Assembly: GCA_036557145.1 (NCBI GenBank)
Contig: DATBIC010000076.1
Span: 1 to 53,373 of the forward strand
Source of the DNA: Gaiellaceae bacterium
Lineage (GTDB): Bacteria > Actinomycetota > Thermoleophilia > Gaiellales > Gaiellaceae
Direction: 5' to 3'
Length of the DNA stretch: 53,373 nucleotides
The notes under the pieces were generated by a model, which saw only the letters and a list, made by a program, of their open reading frames with translations, did not search any database and was not told the DNA's origin. Position numbers and translations under genes: made by a program. Below are positions 38,127 through 47,569 of this stretch, piece by piece. How positions within the stretch are numbered: the first letter of the stretch is position 1; every line of letters starts with the position of its first letter.

Positions 38127-38360
38127 ATGGTAGTGAACCTCCTGGCGGACGCATCGACCTGGCAGCGGGTGCTGATCCTCGCGCCGGCGCTCGTGATCGG
38201 CGGCGGCCTCGTCGTGGGCGTCTTGATCCTGCTCGGACGGGCGTTCGCCGCGACCGTCCGCGAGTCCGGCCACCCCCGCTGGCTCTGGGGCGGGGTCGTG
38301 CTCGTCTTCGGGCTCGTCGTGTTGCTGACGTGGCTCGGCGTCGAGCTGCCTAGAGAATGA
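38127..38360 (+). CDS. Possible small 2-TM membrane protein (77 aa)
   Basis: ATG 38127. Translation MVVNLLADASTWQRVLILAPALVIGGGLVVGVLILLGRAF...WLWGGVVLVFGLVVLLTWLG has two clean hydrophobic helices and strongly G/C-biased third positions. There is no SD and no -10 box, and it overlaps the Ldt gene end by 11 nt. Confidence 0.35.
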   Translation: MVVNLLADASTWQRVLILAPALVIGGGLVVGVLILLGRAFAATVRESGHPRWLWGGVVLVFGLVVLLTWLGVELPRE

Positions 38361-39300
38361 CGACGGGCGTCCCGACGGAGACGTGCTCGAAGAGCCACTC
38401 CGCGTCGGGGACCTGCATGCGGATGCAGCCGTGCGAGGCGCTGTAGCCGATCGACGTCGGCTCGTCGGTGCCGTGGATGCCGACGCCCGGCGCGTTGAGC
38501 CCCATCCAGCGCGTCCCGAGCGGGTTCGCCGGGCCCGGCGGCACCGGCTTGAGGCCCTTCGCCCACGCGTCGTACGTCGGCGGGTACCACCACGGGTCGA
38601 GCTGCTTGTCCATGATGTGCCACAGGCCCGCGGGCGTCGGGTAGATCGCCTGCCCGGTCGCGACCGGGAAACGGCGGACGAGCTTCGTTCCGTGGTAGAG
38701 GGTGAGCGAGTTCGCGCCGCGCACGACGACGATCACCGGACCGAAGCTCTCGGCGGTGCGCCGGGGCTTCAGGACGGTCTCCCTCAGCCTGAGCGCGCGC
38801 CGGTCGGTCGTGCGGAGCGCGCGTGCGAGCTCGCGGCGCATCGTCGTTGCGTCGACCGCGGCTCCCGGCTTCGACGCGGTGAAGACGGGCCCGGCCGCCG
38901 TCGCGCCGGTCAGCGTCGCGTCGACGGGCTTGCGGTCGAACCGGCGCGCAAGGCGCCGGACGACGGCGGCGACCCGCGCGCCCGAGAGCCGCACCGGCAG
39001 CGCGATCGAGCTCCGCGGCGTCGCGGCGAGCGCCGACGAGACCGCCGTGTCGATGCTCGACGCCGCGCCGAGCTGGGCCGGCGTCGCGTGTACCGGCCCG
39101 TCCGGTGTCCGAATCGTCACCGGGCGCACGAACGAGCGCTCGATACGTGCGCGGGCCGGCTCCGCCGTGAGCCCGCCGACGGGGACCCCGGAGACGGTCA
39201 CCCCGGGCGCGACGAGCGGGCTCCGCGTCGAGGCGGGGGCGGCCGCGCAGGCCAGTCCGGCTGCGAGGACGATGGCGGCGAGCGTTTTCAGCACGGGCAC
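38350..39300 (-). CDS. L,D-transpeptidase (YkuD domain) with an N-terminal signal/anchor
   Basis: 316-aa ORF. C-terminal YkuD motifs GIHGT and the catalytic SHGCIRM; signal-like MPVLKTLAAIVLAAGLACAAA. Confidence 0.85.
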   Translation of the reverse strand: MPVLKTLAAIVLAAGLACAAAPASTRSPLVAPGVTVSGVPVGGLTAEPARARIERSFVRPVTIRTPDGPVHATPAQLGAASSIDTAVSSALAATPRSSIALPVRLSGARVAAVVRRLARRFDRKPVDATLTGATAAGPVFTASKPGAAVDATTMRRELARALRTTDRRALRLRETVLKPRRTAESFGPVIVVVRGANSLTLYHGTKLVRRFPVATGQAIYPTPAGLWHIMDKQLDPWWYPPTYDAWAKGLKPVPPGPANPLGTRWMGLNAPGVGIHGTDEPTSIGYSASHGCIRMQVPDAEWLFEHVSVGTPVVIL

Positions 39301-39371
39301 CGGATTGAAACACGTTTCCGCTGCTTTTTCGACTATTCCGTCCGACGCGGGCCGTACCGTGACCAGCCCTC

Positions 39372-41249
39372 ATGGCGACCGCGACCTGGCAGATCGACCC
39401 GTGCCCGCTCGACCGGGTGCGCGAGCTCGCCGCCGCGCTGGCGCTCGACGAGGTGACGGCTTCGGTGCTGGTGCGGCGCGGATACGCGTCGTCCGAGGAC
39501 GCGCAGCGGTTCCTCGACGGCGCCTTTCCGCGCCATGACCCGTTCGCGCTCGGCGACATGCGCGAGGCGGTCGAGGCGATCCGGGCTGCCGTCGACCGCG
39601 GCGCCCGCATCTGCGTCCACGGCGACTACGACGCCGACGGCATCTGCGCCACGGCGCTCGCCGTGCTGCTGCTGCGCGAGCTCGAGGCCGACGTCGCGTG
39701 GCATCTGCCGTCGCGGTTCGAAGAGGGATACGGCCTCAACGGGCAGACGCTGAGCCGCCTCGCCGAGGAGGGCTTCGGCCTCGTGCTCACGGTCGACTGC
39801 GGCATCACCGCCGTCGCCGAGGTCGAGCACGCGCGGTCGCTCGGGCTCGACGTCGTCGTGACCGACCACCACCGACCCACGGACACGTTCCCGTCCTGCC
39901 CGGTGGTCGCGACGCTCAAGGGCTCGTACCCGTTTGCGGGGTTGTGCGGAACCGGCGTCGTCTGGAAGCTGGCCGAGGCGCTGCTCGGGCCGGATCACGC
40001 GTTCCTCGAGCGTCACCTCGACCTCGTCGCGCTCGCGACGGTCGCCGACGTCGTCCCGCTGCTCGACGAGAACCGCGCGATCGCCCGCGCAGGGCTGCGG
40101 CGGCTCGCGCAGACGGGCAAGCCGGGCTTGCGCGCGCTGATGCGCGTTGCACATGTCGACCCCGCCACCGTCGACGAGTCGGCGATCGGATTCCGTCTCG
40201 CGCCTCGCATCAACGCTTCGGGGCGGCTGTGCCGTCCCGAAGCCGCGCTCGCGCTGCTGCTCACCGAGGACGCCGAGGAGGCCGCCCGCCTGGCCGACGA
40301 GCTCGAGGCGCTGAACCGCGAGCGGCAGGTGGTCGAGGAGCGGATCCTGCGCGATGCCGTCGAGCAGATCGAGTCGTGGCCGCAGTCACGGCGGAGCCGT
40401 CGCGGCTACGTGGCGGCCGGCGAGGACTGGCACGAGGGCGTGATCGGCATCGTCGCGTCGCGGCTCGTCGAGCGCTACGGCCGTCCGGTCGTGCTGATCG
40501 CGGGCGCGGAGGGCAGCTGGAAGGGGTCGGGGCGCTCGGTGCCCGCCTTCGACCTCCATGGCGCGCTCGGAGCCTGCGCCGGCGAGCTCGAGCGCTACGG
40601 CGGGCATCGCGCCGCTGCCGGCCTGTCGATCCGGCCGGACCGGGTCGACGCGTTCGCGGCGGCGTTCGCCGCGCATGCGGACGCCGTGCTCACCGACGCC
40701 GATCTCGTCGCGTCGACGCACGTCGACGCGATCGTCCCGGGATCGAAGCTGACGCTGGGGCTCTGCGCCGAGCTGGCGCAGCTCGCGCCCTTCGGGCTCG
40801 GCAATCCGGGCGTGACGCTGCTCGTCGACGGCTGCGAGCTCGCCGATCTGCAAACGGTCGGGGACGGCAAGCACCTGCGCTTCCGGGTGCGCCAGCGCGG
40901 GCGCGACGCCGGATCGGCGATCGCGTTCGGCCGGGGCGCCGAGCTCGACCGGCTGAGACGTCCGGGACGCTACGACGTCGCCTTCCGGCTGCAGGAGAAC
41001 CGCTGGAACGGCGTCATCGCGCCGCAGCTGGTGGTGAGGCGCGTCTTCGACGCCGACGACCGCTACGACGATCTCCGCGAGTGGCTCGCCGCCGAATGGC
41101 GCGCCGGCGAGGCCGCCTGGACGCCCGAGGCGCGGGCGATCTTCGCCGAGCTGGAGCTCAGCGCGGACGGGATCCGGCGCAGCCTGCTCGAGTCTCCGAG
41201 CTTCCGGGCCCTGCTCGGCGCGCCGGCGGTACTGGCCGACGCGGCTTAG
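39372..41249 (+). CDS. recJ: Single-stranded-DNA-specific exonuclease RecJ
   Basis: 625-aa ORF with DHH motifs ICVHGDYDADG, VDCGI and VVVTDHH, plus DHHA1 GGHRAAAG. Confidence 0.9.
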   Translation: MATATWQIDPCPLDRVRELAAALALDEVTASVLVRRGYASSEDAQRFLDGAFPRHDPFALGDMREAVEAIRAAVDRGARICVHGDYDADGICATALAVLLLRELEADVAWHLPSRFEEGYGLNGQTLSRLAEEGFGLVLTVDCGITAVAEVEHARSLGLDVVVTDHHRPTDTFPSCPVVATLKGSYPFAGLCGTGVVWKLAEALLGPDHAFLERHLDLVALATVADVVPLLDENRAIARAGLRRLAQTGKPGLRALMRVAHVDPATVDESAIGFRLAPRINASGRLCRPEAALALLLTEDAEEAARLADELEALNRERQVVEERILRDAVEQIESWPQSRRSRRGYVAAGEDWHEGVIGIVASRLVERYGRPVVLIAGAEGSWKGSGRSVPAFDLHGALGACAGELERYGGHRAAAGLSIRPDRVDAFAAAFAAHADAVLTDADLVASTHVDAIVPGSKLTLGLCAELAQLAPFGLGNPGVTLLVDGCELADLQTVGDGKHLRFRVRQRGRDAGSAIAFGRGAELDRLRRPGRYDVAFRLQENRWNGVIAPQLVVRRVFDADDRYDDLREWLAAEWRAGEAAWTPEARAIFAELELSADGIRRSLLESPSFRALLGAPAVLADAA

Positions 41250-41463
41250 ACGCGGCCGATCGCGACGCGGCTGCGGCGCGGCTTGACGACCGGGCGGGTC
41301 GACGCCGCATCGAGCTCGCGCAGCATCCGCGCGATCTGGTTGAGCTTCTTGGCTTGTCTCCGACGAGCGAACACGGGTTCACTGATTCATCGTCGATCGC
41401 GAGGTTCCTGCGCATCCCACTGGCGGGGGATGGAGCGCGGAAGGCCAGGGGTACACTGGCTTC

Positions 41464-43659
41464 ATGGCTGTCCTGGAGCGGCATCAGGACCTCGTCGAGG
41501 AGCTGGTCGCCGAGGTCGCGGCGTACAAGGTCGACGTCAACCGTGCGCTGTTGACGCAGGCCTTCGACTTCGCCGCGCGTGCGCACGCCGGGCAGGTGCG
41601 CCAGTCGGGCCAGGAGTTCATCTTCCATCCGTGGGGCGTCGCCAAGATCCTCGCAGGGCTCCAGCTCGACGAGCCGACGCTGGCCGCCGCGCTGCTCCAC
41701 GACGTCGTCGAGGACACGGGCACCGACATCGACGAGGTGCGCGCAGAGTTCGGCGACGAGATCGCGCGGCTGGTCGAGGGCGTCACCAAGCTGACGCGCG
41801 TCCAGTTCCAGAGCCGCGAGCACGCGGAGGCTGAGAACTACCGGAAGCTGATCGTGGCGATGGCCGAGGACGTGCGTGTGATCTTGATCAAGCTCGCCGA
41901 CCGTCTCCACAACCTGCGCACGATCGAATACCTGGGCAAGCAGAAGCAGGTGCAGAAGGCGCGGGAAACGCTCGAGGTATACGCACCGCTCGCGCACCGG
42001 CTCGGCATCCACGCGCTCAAGTGGGAGCTCGAGGATCTCTCGTTCCAGACGCTGCATCCGCGCAAGTACGAGGAGATCAAGCAGATGGTCGCCGAGCGGC
42101 GCGCCGACCGCGAAGAGCACGTGCGCGAGGCCGCGATCGTGCTGCAGAAGGAGCTCGATAAGGTCGACATCCCGGCGGAGATCTCCGGGCGCGCGAAGCA
42201 CTTCTACTCGATCTACGACAAGATGGCGAAGAAGGGCCGCGAGTTCAACGAGATCTACGACCTGACCGCGATGCGCGTGATCGTGGAGCGGGGCGGGGAC
42301 GAGGGGACGCGCGACTGCTACGGCGCGCTCGGGTTGATCCACTCGCTGTGGAAGCCGATGCCAGGTCGCTTCAAGGACTTCATCGCGATGCCGAAGTTCA
42401 ACGGCTACCGCGCGCTGCACACCACCGTGATCGGGCCGCAGGGCAGGCCGCTCGAGATCCAGGTGCGCACGCGGGAGATGCACGAGACGGCGGAGTTCGG
42501 CGTGGCCGCGCACTGGCTGTACAAGCGCGGGGCGAAGCAGAAGGACGCCGAGTGGGTCGCCTGGGTCAAGCAGCTGATGGACGAGGGCACGGCCGACGAA
42601 GCCGACCCGCGCGAGTTCATGAAGGCGTTCCGCACCGACCTCTTCGACGAAGAGGTGCACGTGTTCACGCCGAAGGGGCAGGTAAAGACGCTCCCGGCGG
42701 GCGCGACGCCGATCGACTTCGCCTACGCCGTCCACACCGACGTCGGGCACCGCACGGTCGGCGCGAAGATCAACGGCCGGATCGTCCCGCTGCACTACCA
42801 GCTGAAGAACGGTGACTTCGTCGAGATCCTGACCTCGAAGCAGGGACGCGGGCCGTCGCGGGACTGGCTGTCGCTGGCGAAGAGCTCGCGCGCGCGGAAC
42901 AAGATCCGGCAGTGGTATTCGCGCGAGACGCGTGAGGAGACCGAGCAGAAAGGGCGCGACGCGCTCGAGCAGGCGCTGAAGGCCCAGAACCTCCCGTACG
43001 CGAAGCTGCGCGGGTCGCCGACGCTCGCGCAGGTGATCCGGGAGGTCGGCTTCAAGAAGGCGGACGACTTCTACGTCGCGCTCGGGTCGGGGAAGCTGCA
43101 GCCCGGATCGATCGTCAACAAGGTGATCCACCGCCTCAAGACGGAGCAGGTGGTCGAAGAGGCGCCGGTCGTCCGCAAGGCACCGAAGGCACGCACGGTG
43201 CAGGGCGCAGAGATGGGCGTCGCCGTGCCGGGAGTCGAGGACGTGCTCGTCCGCCTCGCGAAGTGCTGCACGCCGGTCCCCGGCGACGAGATCATCGGCT
43301 ACATCTCGCTCGGCAAGGGCATCACGATCCATCGCGCCGACTGCCCGAACGTGCGTGCGCTGCGCCGGAACCCTGAACGGCTCACGGAGGTGTCGTGGGA
43401 CGGAGCGACCGCGGCCAAGAGCTTCCGCGTGCAGATCGCCGTCGACTCGTGGGACCGCGCGAGGCTGCTCGAAGACGTCGCGAGGACGTTCGCCGAGCAC
43501 GGCGCGAACATCGTCAGCTACGTCGGGGTCGTCGAAGACCAGCTCGCGAAGAACCGCTACACGGTCGAGGTCGGCGACGTGAAGAGCCTGCGGACGCTCC
43601 TGAACTCGCTGCGCAACCTCGACGCCGTCTTCGACGCGTATCGCGTGACCCCCTCGTAG
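41464..43659 (+). CDS. relA: Bifunctional (p)ppGpp synthetase/hydrolase, RelA/SpoT (Rel) family
   Basis: 731-aa ORF with the HD hydrolase domain (HPWGVA..., LLHDVVEDT), the synthetase domain (RAKHFYSIYDKM, GYRALHT), then TGS and ACT-like C-terminal domains. Confidence 0.95.
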   Translation: MAVLERHQDLVEELVAEVAAYKVDVNRALLTQAFDFAARAHAGQVRQSGQEFIFHPWGVAKILAGLQLDEPTLAAALLHDVVEDTGTDIDEVRAEFGDEIARLVEGVTKLTRVQFQSREHAEAENYRKLIVAMAEDVRVILIKLADRLHNLRTIEYLGKQKQVQKARETLEVYAPLAHRLGIHALKWELEDLSFQTLHPRKYEEIKQMVAERRADREEHVREAAIVLQKELDKVDIPAEISGRAKHFYSIYDKMAKKGREFNEIYDLTAMRVIVERGGDEGTRDCYGALGLIHSLWKPMPGRFKDFIAMPKFNGYRALHTTVIGPQGRPLEIQVRTREMHETAEFGVAAHWLYKRGAKQKDAEWVAWVKQLMDEGTADEADPREFMKAFRTDLFDEEVHVFTPKGQVKTLPAGATPIDFAYAVHTDVGHRTVGAKINGRIVPLHYQLKNGDFVEILTSKQGRGPSRDWLSLAKSSRARNKIRQWYSRETREETEQKGRDALEQALKAQNLPYAKLRGSPTLAQVIREVGFKKADDFYVALGSGKLQPGSIVNKVIHRLKTEQVVEEAPVVRKAPKARTVQGAEMGVAVPGVEDVLVRLAKCCTPVPGDEIIGYISLGKGITIHRADCPNVRALRRNPERLTEVSWDGATAAKSFRVQIAVDSWDRARLLEDVARTFAEHGANIVSYVGVVEDQLAKNRYTVEVGDVKSLRTLLNSLRNLDAVFDAYRVTPS

Positions 43660-44438
43660 TGGAGGGCGTCGACCCGGTCGCGGCCACGGGGTTCACGGCC
43701 GCCGCGGACGTCTACGAGCGCGCCCGGCCGAGCTACCCGCCCGAGGCGATCGACTGGCTCGCCGAGCGGGTCGACCTGCGACCCGGGCGCGCGGTGGTCG
43801 ACGTCGGCGCCGGCACGGGGAAGCTCACCCGCCTGCTCGTGCCCACCGGGGCGCAGGTGATCGCGGTCGAGCCCCTTCCGGCGATGCTCGCGAAGCTCGT
43901 CGAGGCTGCGCCCGGCGCCGAGGCGCTGCTCGGCACGGCAGAGGCAATACCGCTCGAGGATGCGAGCGCGGACGTGATCACCGTGGCCCAGGCCTTCCAC
44001 TGGTTCGACCACGACCGTGCGCTGCCGGAGTTGCGGCGCGTGCTTCGCGCGGACGGCTTCCTGGTGCTGGTCTGGAACATGCGCGATCTCGACGACCCGG
44101 TGCAGGCGGCCGTGGAGGAGCTGATCGCGCCGGCACGCGCGACCGCGAACGCGCAACGCGCGGATACCTGGCGTCCGCCGCTCCAGCGCTCGCCGCGGTT
44201 CGGCCCGCTCGAGACGTGGCGGTTCCCATTCGCCCAGCAGTTCACGGCCGATGACCTCTGCGACCGTGTCCGCTCGACGTCGTTCGTGGCTGCGATGGAC
44301 GACGAGGAGCGCGAGCAGCTGCTGATCTCGGTGCGCGAGCTCGTTCGCGACGTCCCGGAGCCGTTCCCGTACCACTACGTCACCGAGATCTTCGTCGCCC
44401 CAGTCGCCGGGAGCGACGGTGCCAGGCGCCGGGGCTAG
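43659..44438 (+). CDS. Class I SAM-dependent methyltransferase
   Basis: Coding tail of ORF 43395-44438. GTG 43659 overlaps the relA TAG (TAGTG). Motif [15 protein letters not shown]. Confidence 0.8.
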   Translation: MEGVDPVAATGFTAAADVYERARPSYPPEAIDWLAERVDLRPGRAVVDVGAGTGKLTRLLVPTGAQVIAVEPLPAMLAKLVEAAPGAEALLGTAEAIPLEDASADVITVAQAFHWFDHDRALPELRRVLRADGFLVLVWNMRDLDDPVQAAVEELIAPARATANAQRADTWRPPLQRSPRFGPLETWRFPFAQQFTADDLCDRVRSTSFVAAMDDEEREQLLISVRELVRDVPEPFPYHYVTEIFVAPVAGSDGARRRG

Positions 44439-44893
44439 GCGCCGCTGTCGAACGCCGCGATCCGCTCGCGGAAGGCGTCGGGCACGGGCACGGGCCGTCG
44501 GCCGGCGAGGTCGATCAGCACGAGCGTCTGCTTCGCGGTCGCCATCAGGAGCTCGCCGGCGCCCGTCTCGTCGTCGTCCACGCGATACGCAGCGTGGTCG
44601 TACGTGATGCTCGTCGTCCCGATGCGCTCGACGCGCACGAAGACCTCGAGCAGGTCGTCGAACCGTGCCGGTGCGTGGTATTCGACGTTCGACGCGCGCA
44701 TCGCGAAGTCGGCCTGGCCGAGGTGCACGCGACCCAGGTGGCGGTGGAACTCGGTCCGTGCGAGGTCGAAGTACGGCATGTACCGGCCGTAGTAGACGAC
44801 GCCCTGCGCGTCCGTCTCGGAGAAGCCGACGCGCAGATGTGCGGCGTAGCGGAACGGCGGCTTGCGGTCGGTGACGTGCCCGAGCTCGATCAC
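44435..44893 (-). CDS. Acyl-CoA thioesterase (4HBT/YbgC hotdog family)
   Basis: 152-aa ORF. RVGFSETDAQGVVYYGRYMPYFDLARTEF is the family N-terminal signature. Confidence 0.85.
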   Translation of the reverse strand: MIELGHVTDRKPPFRYAAHLRVGFSETDAQGVVYYGRYMPYFDLARTEFHRHLGRVHLGQADFAMRASNVEYHAPARFDDLLEVFVRVERIGTTSITYDHAAYRVDDDETGAGELLMATAKQTLVLIDLAGRRPVPVPDAFRERIAAFDSGA

Positions 44894-45022
44894 GCGGCGA
44901 TCGTAGGCGAGCGGACGGTCGGCGCCGATCGGTGCCAGGCGCCGTCACAAAAGTGCGACAAGCCTCCCACAGTCCCTGAAAGGCCGATGCGCCACGGCTG
45001 TCGACCACCTACTCTCGACGGC

Positions 45023-45604
45023 ATGGCCCGACGCATCCGAATCGAGATCCCGGGTGCGTCGTACCATGTGACGGCGCGTGGGAATGATCGTCAGCGCATC
45101 TATTTCGGGAACTGGAGCGGGAGGCTCTTCGTCCGTGAGCTCGATCGGGCGGCCCTGCGCTACGGCTGGCGCGTCTTCGCGTACTGCTTGATGACGAACC
45201 ACTACCACATGGTTCTGCAGATCGGCGATCGTGGCCTCTCGCATGGGATGTGCGAGCTGAACGGCCGGTTCGCCCGCGCTACGAACTGGGTGAACCGCCG
45301 TACCGACCATGTGTTCGGCAAGCGCTTCTACGATCGCGTCGTCGACACCGACGAGCACTGGGAGGAGGTGTGCCGCTACGTCATGCTCAATCCCGTGCGG
45401 AGCTCGGCCGGCTGCCGCGACCCCCGCCAATGGCGCTGGAGCAGCCTTCGGCCGACCCTCGGTCTCGAGCATCCGCCGGCATGTCTCGATGTCGGCGAGG
45501 TCCTCGGCCGATTCGGAGGAGATCCGCGTCGTGCACGGGAGAGCCTCTGGAGGTTCCTACGGGAAGGGATGGCACCCGCGACGGCGCCAGGCACCGGGAT
45601 GTGA
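45023..45604 (+). CDS. REP-associated tyrosine transposase (RAYT)/IS200-like Y1 transposase homologue, solitary
   Basis: Coding tail of ORF 44594-45604 from ATG 45023. Motifs YHVTARGNDRQRIY, the HUH motif LMTNHYHMVL and the Tyr motif CRYVMLNPVR. No IS ends or tnpB are present. Confidence 0.8.
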   Translation: MARRIRIEIPGASYHVTARGNDRQRIYFGNWSGRLFVRELDRAALRYGWRVFAYCLMTNHYHMVLQIGDRGLSHGMCELNGRFARATNWVNRRTDHVFGKRFYDRVVDTDEHWEEVCRYVMLNPVRSSAGCRDPRQWRWSSLRPTLGLEHPPACLDVGEVLGRFGGDPRRARESLWRFLREGMAPATAPGTGM

Positions 45605-45613
45605 CCGTCGCGC

Positions 45614-46951
45614 TCAGCCGCGGATGACCGCGAGAACCTCGTCGCGCTTGCCCTGCATCTGCTCCTGCGAGCGCGCCTCGAGGTTCAGCCGCAGCAGCGG
45701 CTCCGTGTTCGACGGCCGTACGTTGAAGTGCCAGGCACCGGCGGTCACCGACAGCCCGTCGAGGTGCGAGACGTCGCCCTCCGGCCCGAAGCGCTCCTCG
45801 AGCCGCGCCAGCGTCGCAGCGACATCGGACACGGGCGTGTTGATCTCGCCTGTGATGAAGTACCGCTCGCGGAAGCTGCGCAGCACGTCGCTCAGCTTCC
45901 CCCGCCGCGAGACGAGCTCGCACATCAGCAGGAACGGGACGACGCCCGAGTCGGCCTGCGAGAAGTCGCGGAAGTAGTAGTGCGCGGACACCTCGCCGGC
46001 GAAGACGGCGTCGACCTCCCGCATCAGCTGCTTGATGAACGCGTGGCCGACGCGGCTCACGACCGGCACGCCGCCGGCCTGCTCGATCGCCTCCGGCACT
46101 GCCCACGACGCGCGGACGTCGTAGATCACCTTCCCGCCGGGCTCGCGTTCGAGGATCGTCTCGGCGAACAGCGCCGTGGTGAAGTCGCCGGGGACGAACT
46201 CGCCCGTGTCGTCGACGAAGAAGCAACGGTCGGCGTCGCCGTCGAACGCGACGCCGAAGTCGGCGCCGGCGCGCGTCTTGGCGACGATGAACTCGCGGTT
46301 CTCCGGGAGCAGCGGGTTCGGCTCGTGGTTCGGAAAGTTCCCGTCCGGCTCGAAGTAGCAGCGCTCGACGTCGAGCATCGGCAACCGCGCCAGCACCGGC
46401 GGCAGCATCGTCCCGCCCATCCCGTTGGCCGCGTCGATCACCAGACGCAAGGGTCGGATCGCGTCGACGTCGACGAACGAGAGCACGCGGTCGACGAAAG
46501 CGCCCCAGATGTCCTCGTCGCGGATCTCGCCGCGGCGCGCCTCGCGCCAATCCCCGGCAAGCGCACGATCGCGGATCTCGAGCAGGCCGGAGTCGCCGCC
46601 GACGGGGAGCGCACCCGCGCGCACGATCTTCATCCCCGCGTACTCCTTGGGGTTGTGCGAGGCAGTGACGGCGATGCCGCCGTCCAGCGCCAGTTCGCCG
46701 ACCGCGAAGTAGACCATCTCGGTGCCGACCAGCCCGAGGTCGAGCACGTCTGCGCCGGCGTCGGCCGCGCCGTCGCGGACGGCCTGCGCGACCGACGGCG
46801 AAGACAGCCGCATGTCGCGGCCGACGGCGATGCGCCGTGGCTCGAACTGCTCGACGTACGCGCGCCCGATCGCGTAGGCGCCGGCCTCGTCGAGCTCCGA
46901 GGGGTAGACGCCGCGGACGTCGTAGGCCTTGAAGATCTCCGGCGCGAGCAC
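45614..46951 (-). CDS. Phosphomannomutase/phosphoglucomutase
   Basis: Coding part of ORF 45614-47185 from GTG 46951 (VLAPEIFKAYDVRG). Active-site motif TASHNPKEYAG and metal motif FDGDADR. Confidence 0.9.
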   Translation of the reverse strand: MLAPEIFKAYDVRGVYPSELDEAGAYAIGRAYVEQFEPRRIAVGRDMRLSSPSVAQAVRDGAADAGADVLDLGLVGTEMVYFAVGELALDGGIAVTASHNPKEYAGMKIVRAGALPVGGDSGLLEIRDRALAGDWREARRGEIRDEDIWGAFVDRVLSFVDVDAIRPLRLVIDAANGMGGTMLPPVLARLPMLDVERCYFEPDGNFPNHEPNPLLPENREFIVAKTRAGADFGVAFDGDADRCFFVDDTGEFVPGDFTTALFAETILEREPGGKVIYDVRASWAVPEAIEQAGGVPVVSRVGHAFIKQLMREVDAVFAGEVSAHYYFRDFSQADSGVVPFLLMCELVSRRGKLSDVLRSFRERYFITGEINTPVSDVAATLARLEERFGPEGDVSHLDGLSVTAGAWHFNVRPSNTEPLLRLNLEARSQEQMQGKRDEVLAVIRG

Positions 46952-47050
46952 GCATTGACGATAACGGCGAAGGCCCGGGGAGGTCTTGTGACGACCGCCG
47001 CGAACCTGCAAGACTGAAGGCTGCAGGCAACCAGACAAGGGGACGCTCAG

Positions 47051-47569
47051 TTGGACAAGATCAACGAACTCTCGCTCGGCAAGAAGCTGGTCTTGGGCGC
47101 AGGCGTACTGCTCCTGATCGACACGTTCCTGCACTGGCAGGAAGTGACCGCATTCGGATTCACCGGCGGCCAGAGCGCCTGGCACGGCTTCTGGGGCGTG
47201 CTGCTCGGGCTGATGACCGTCGCCCTCGTCGTGTGGGTCGCGGTGCGCACGTTCGCAAACGTCCAGCTACCGGAAGGGATCCCCGACGGCCTGATCTCGC
47301 TGGTGCTCGGCGCGCTGATCCTGCTCTTCGCCGTGATCAAGGTGATCAGCGACGACTTCGTCCACTGGCCCGCCTATCTCGGGATCATCCTCGCCGCCGT
47401 CGTGACGTACGGCGCCTGGCTCGTGTTCAAGGAGAGCGGTGAGTCGTTCCCGGCGATGCCCGCCAGGGCAGGCGGGACGTCGTCCGCCGCAGCGTCGACA
47501 CCGCCGCCCGCAACGCCGCCTGCACCAGAGCCGCCGGCCGCACCGCCGGAGGACGAGCCGAGCGCCTAG
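47051..47569 (+). CDS. Hypothetical membrane protein with a Pro/Ala-rich C-terminal tail
   Basis: 172-aa ORF with a TTG start, four hydrophobic helices and the tail STPPPATPPAPEPPAAPPEDEPSA. Confidence 0.6.
   Translation: MDKINELSLGKKLVLGAGVLLLIDTFLHWQEVTAFGFTGGQSAWHGFWGVLLGLMTVALVVWVAVRTFANVQLPEGIPDGLISLVLGALILLFAVIKVISDDFVHWPAYLGIILAAVVTYGAWLVFKESGESFPAMPARAGGTSSAAASTPPPATPPAPEPPAAPPEDEPSA

Noticed and set aside
44417-44944. Exact 15-bp direct repeat CGGTGCCAGGCGCCG at 44417-44431 and 44930-44944, bracketing the thioesterase gene next to the RAYT gene. A related TCGGTGCCAGGC lies in the hairpin at 33940-33951. These could be target-site duplications or REP-like sites.
   Set aside because: A 53-kb sequence has about 1.4e9 position pairs, against about 1.1e9 possible 15-mers. 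Roughly one exact 15-mer repeat is therefore expected by chance, and more in GC-biased DNA. One copy lies inside the methyltransferase coding sequence, and related GCCTGGCACC/GGTGCCAGGC strings occur in several coding regions. This is only worth revisiting if a genome-wide search shows enrichment.
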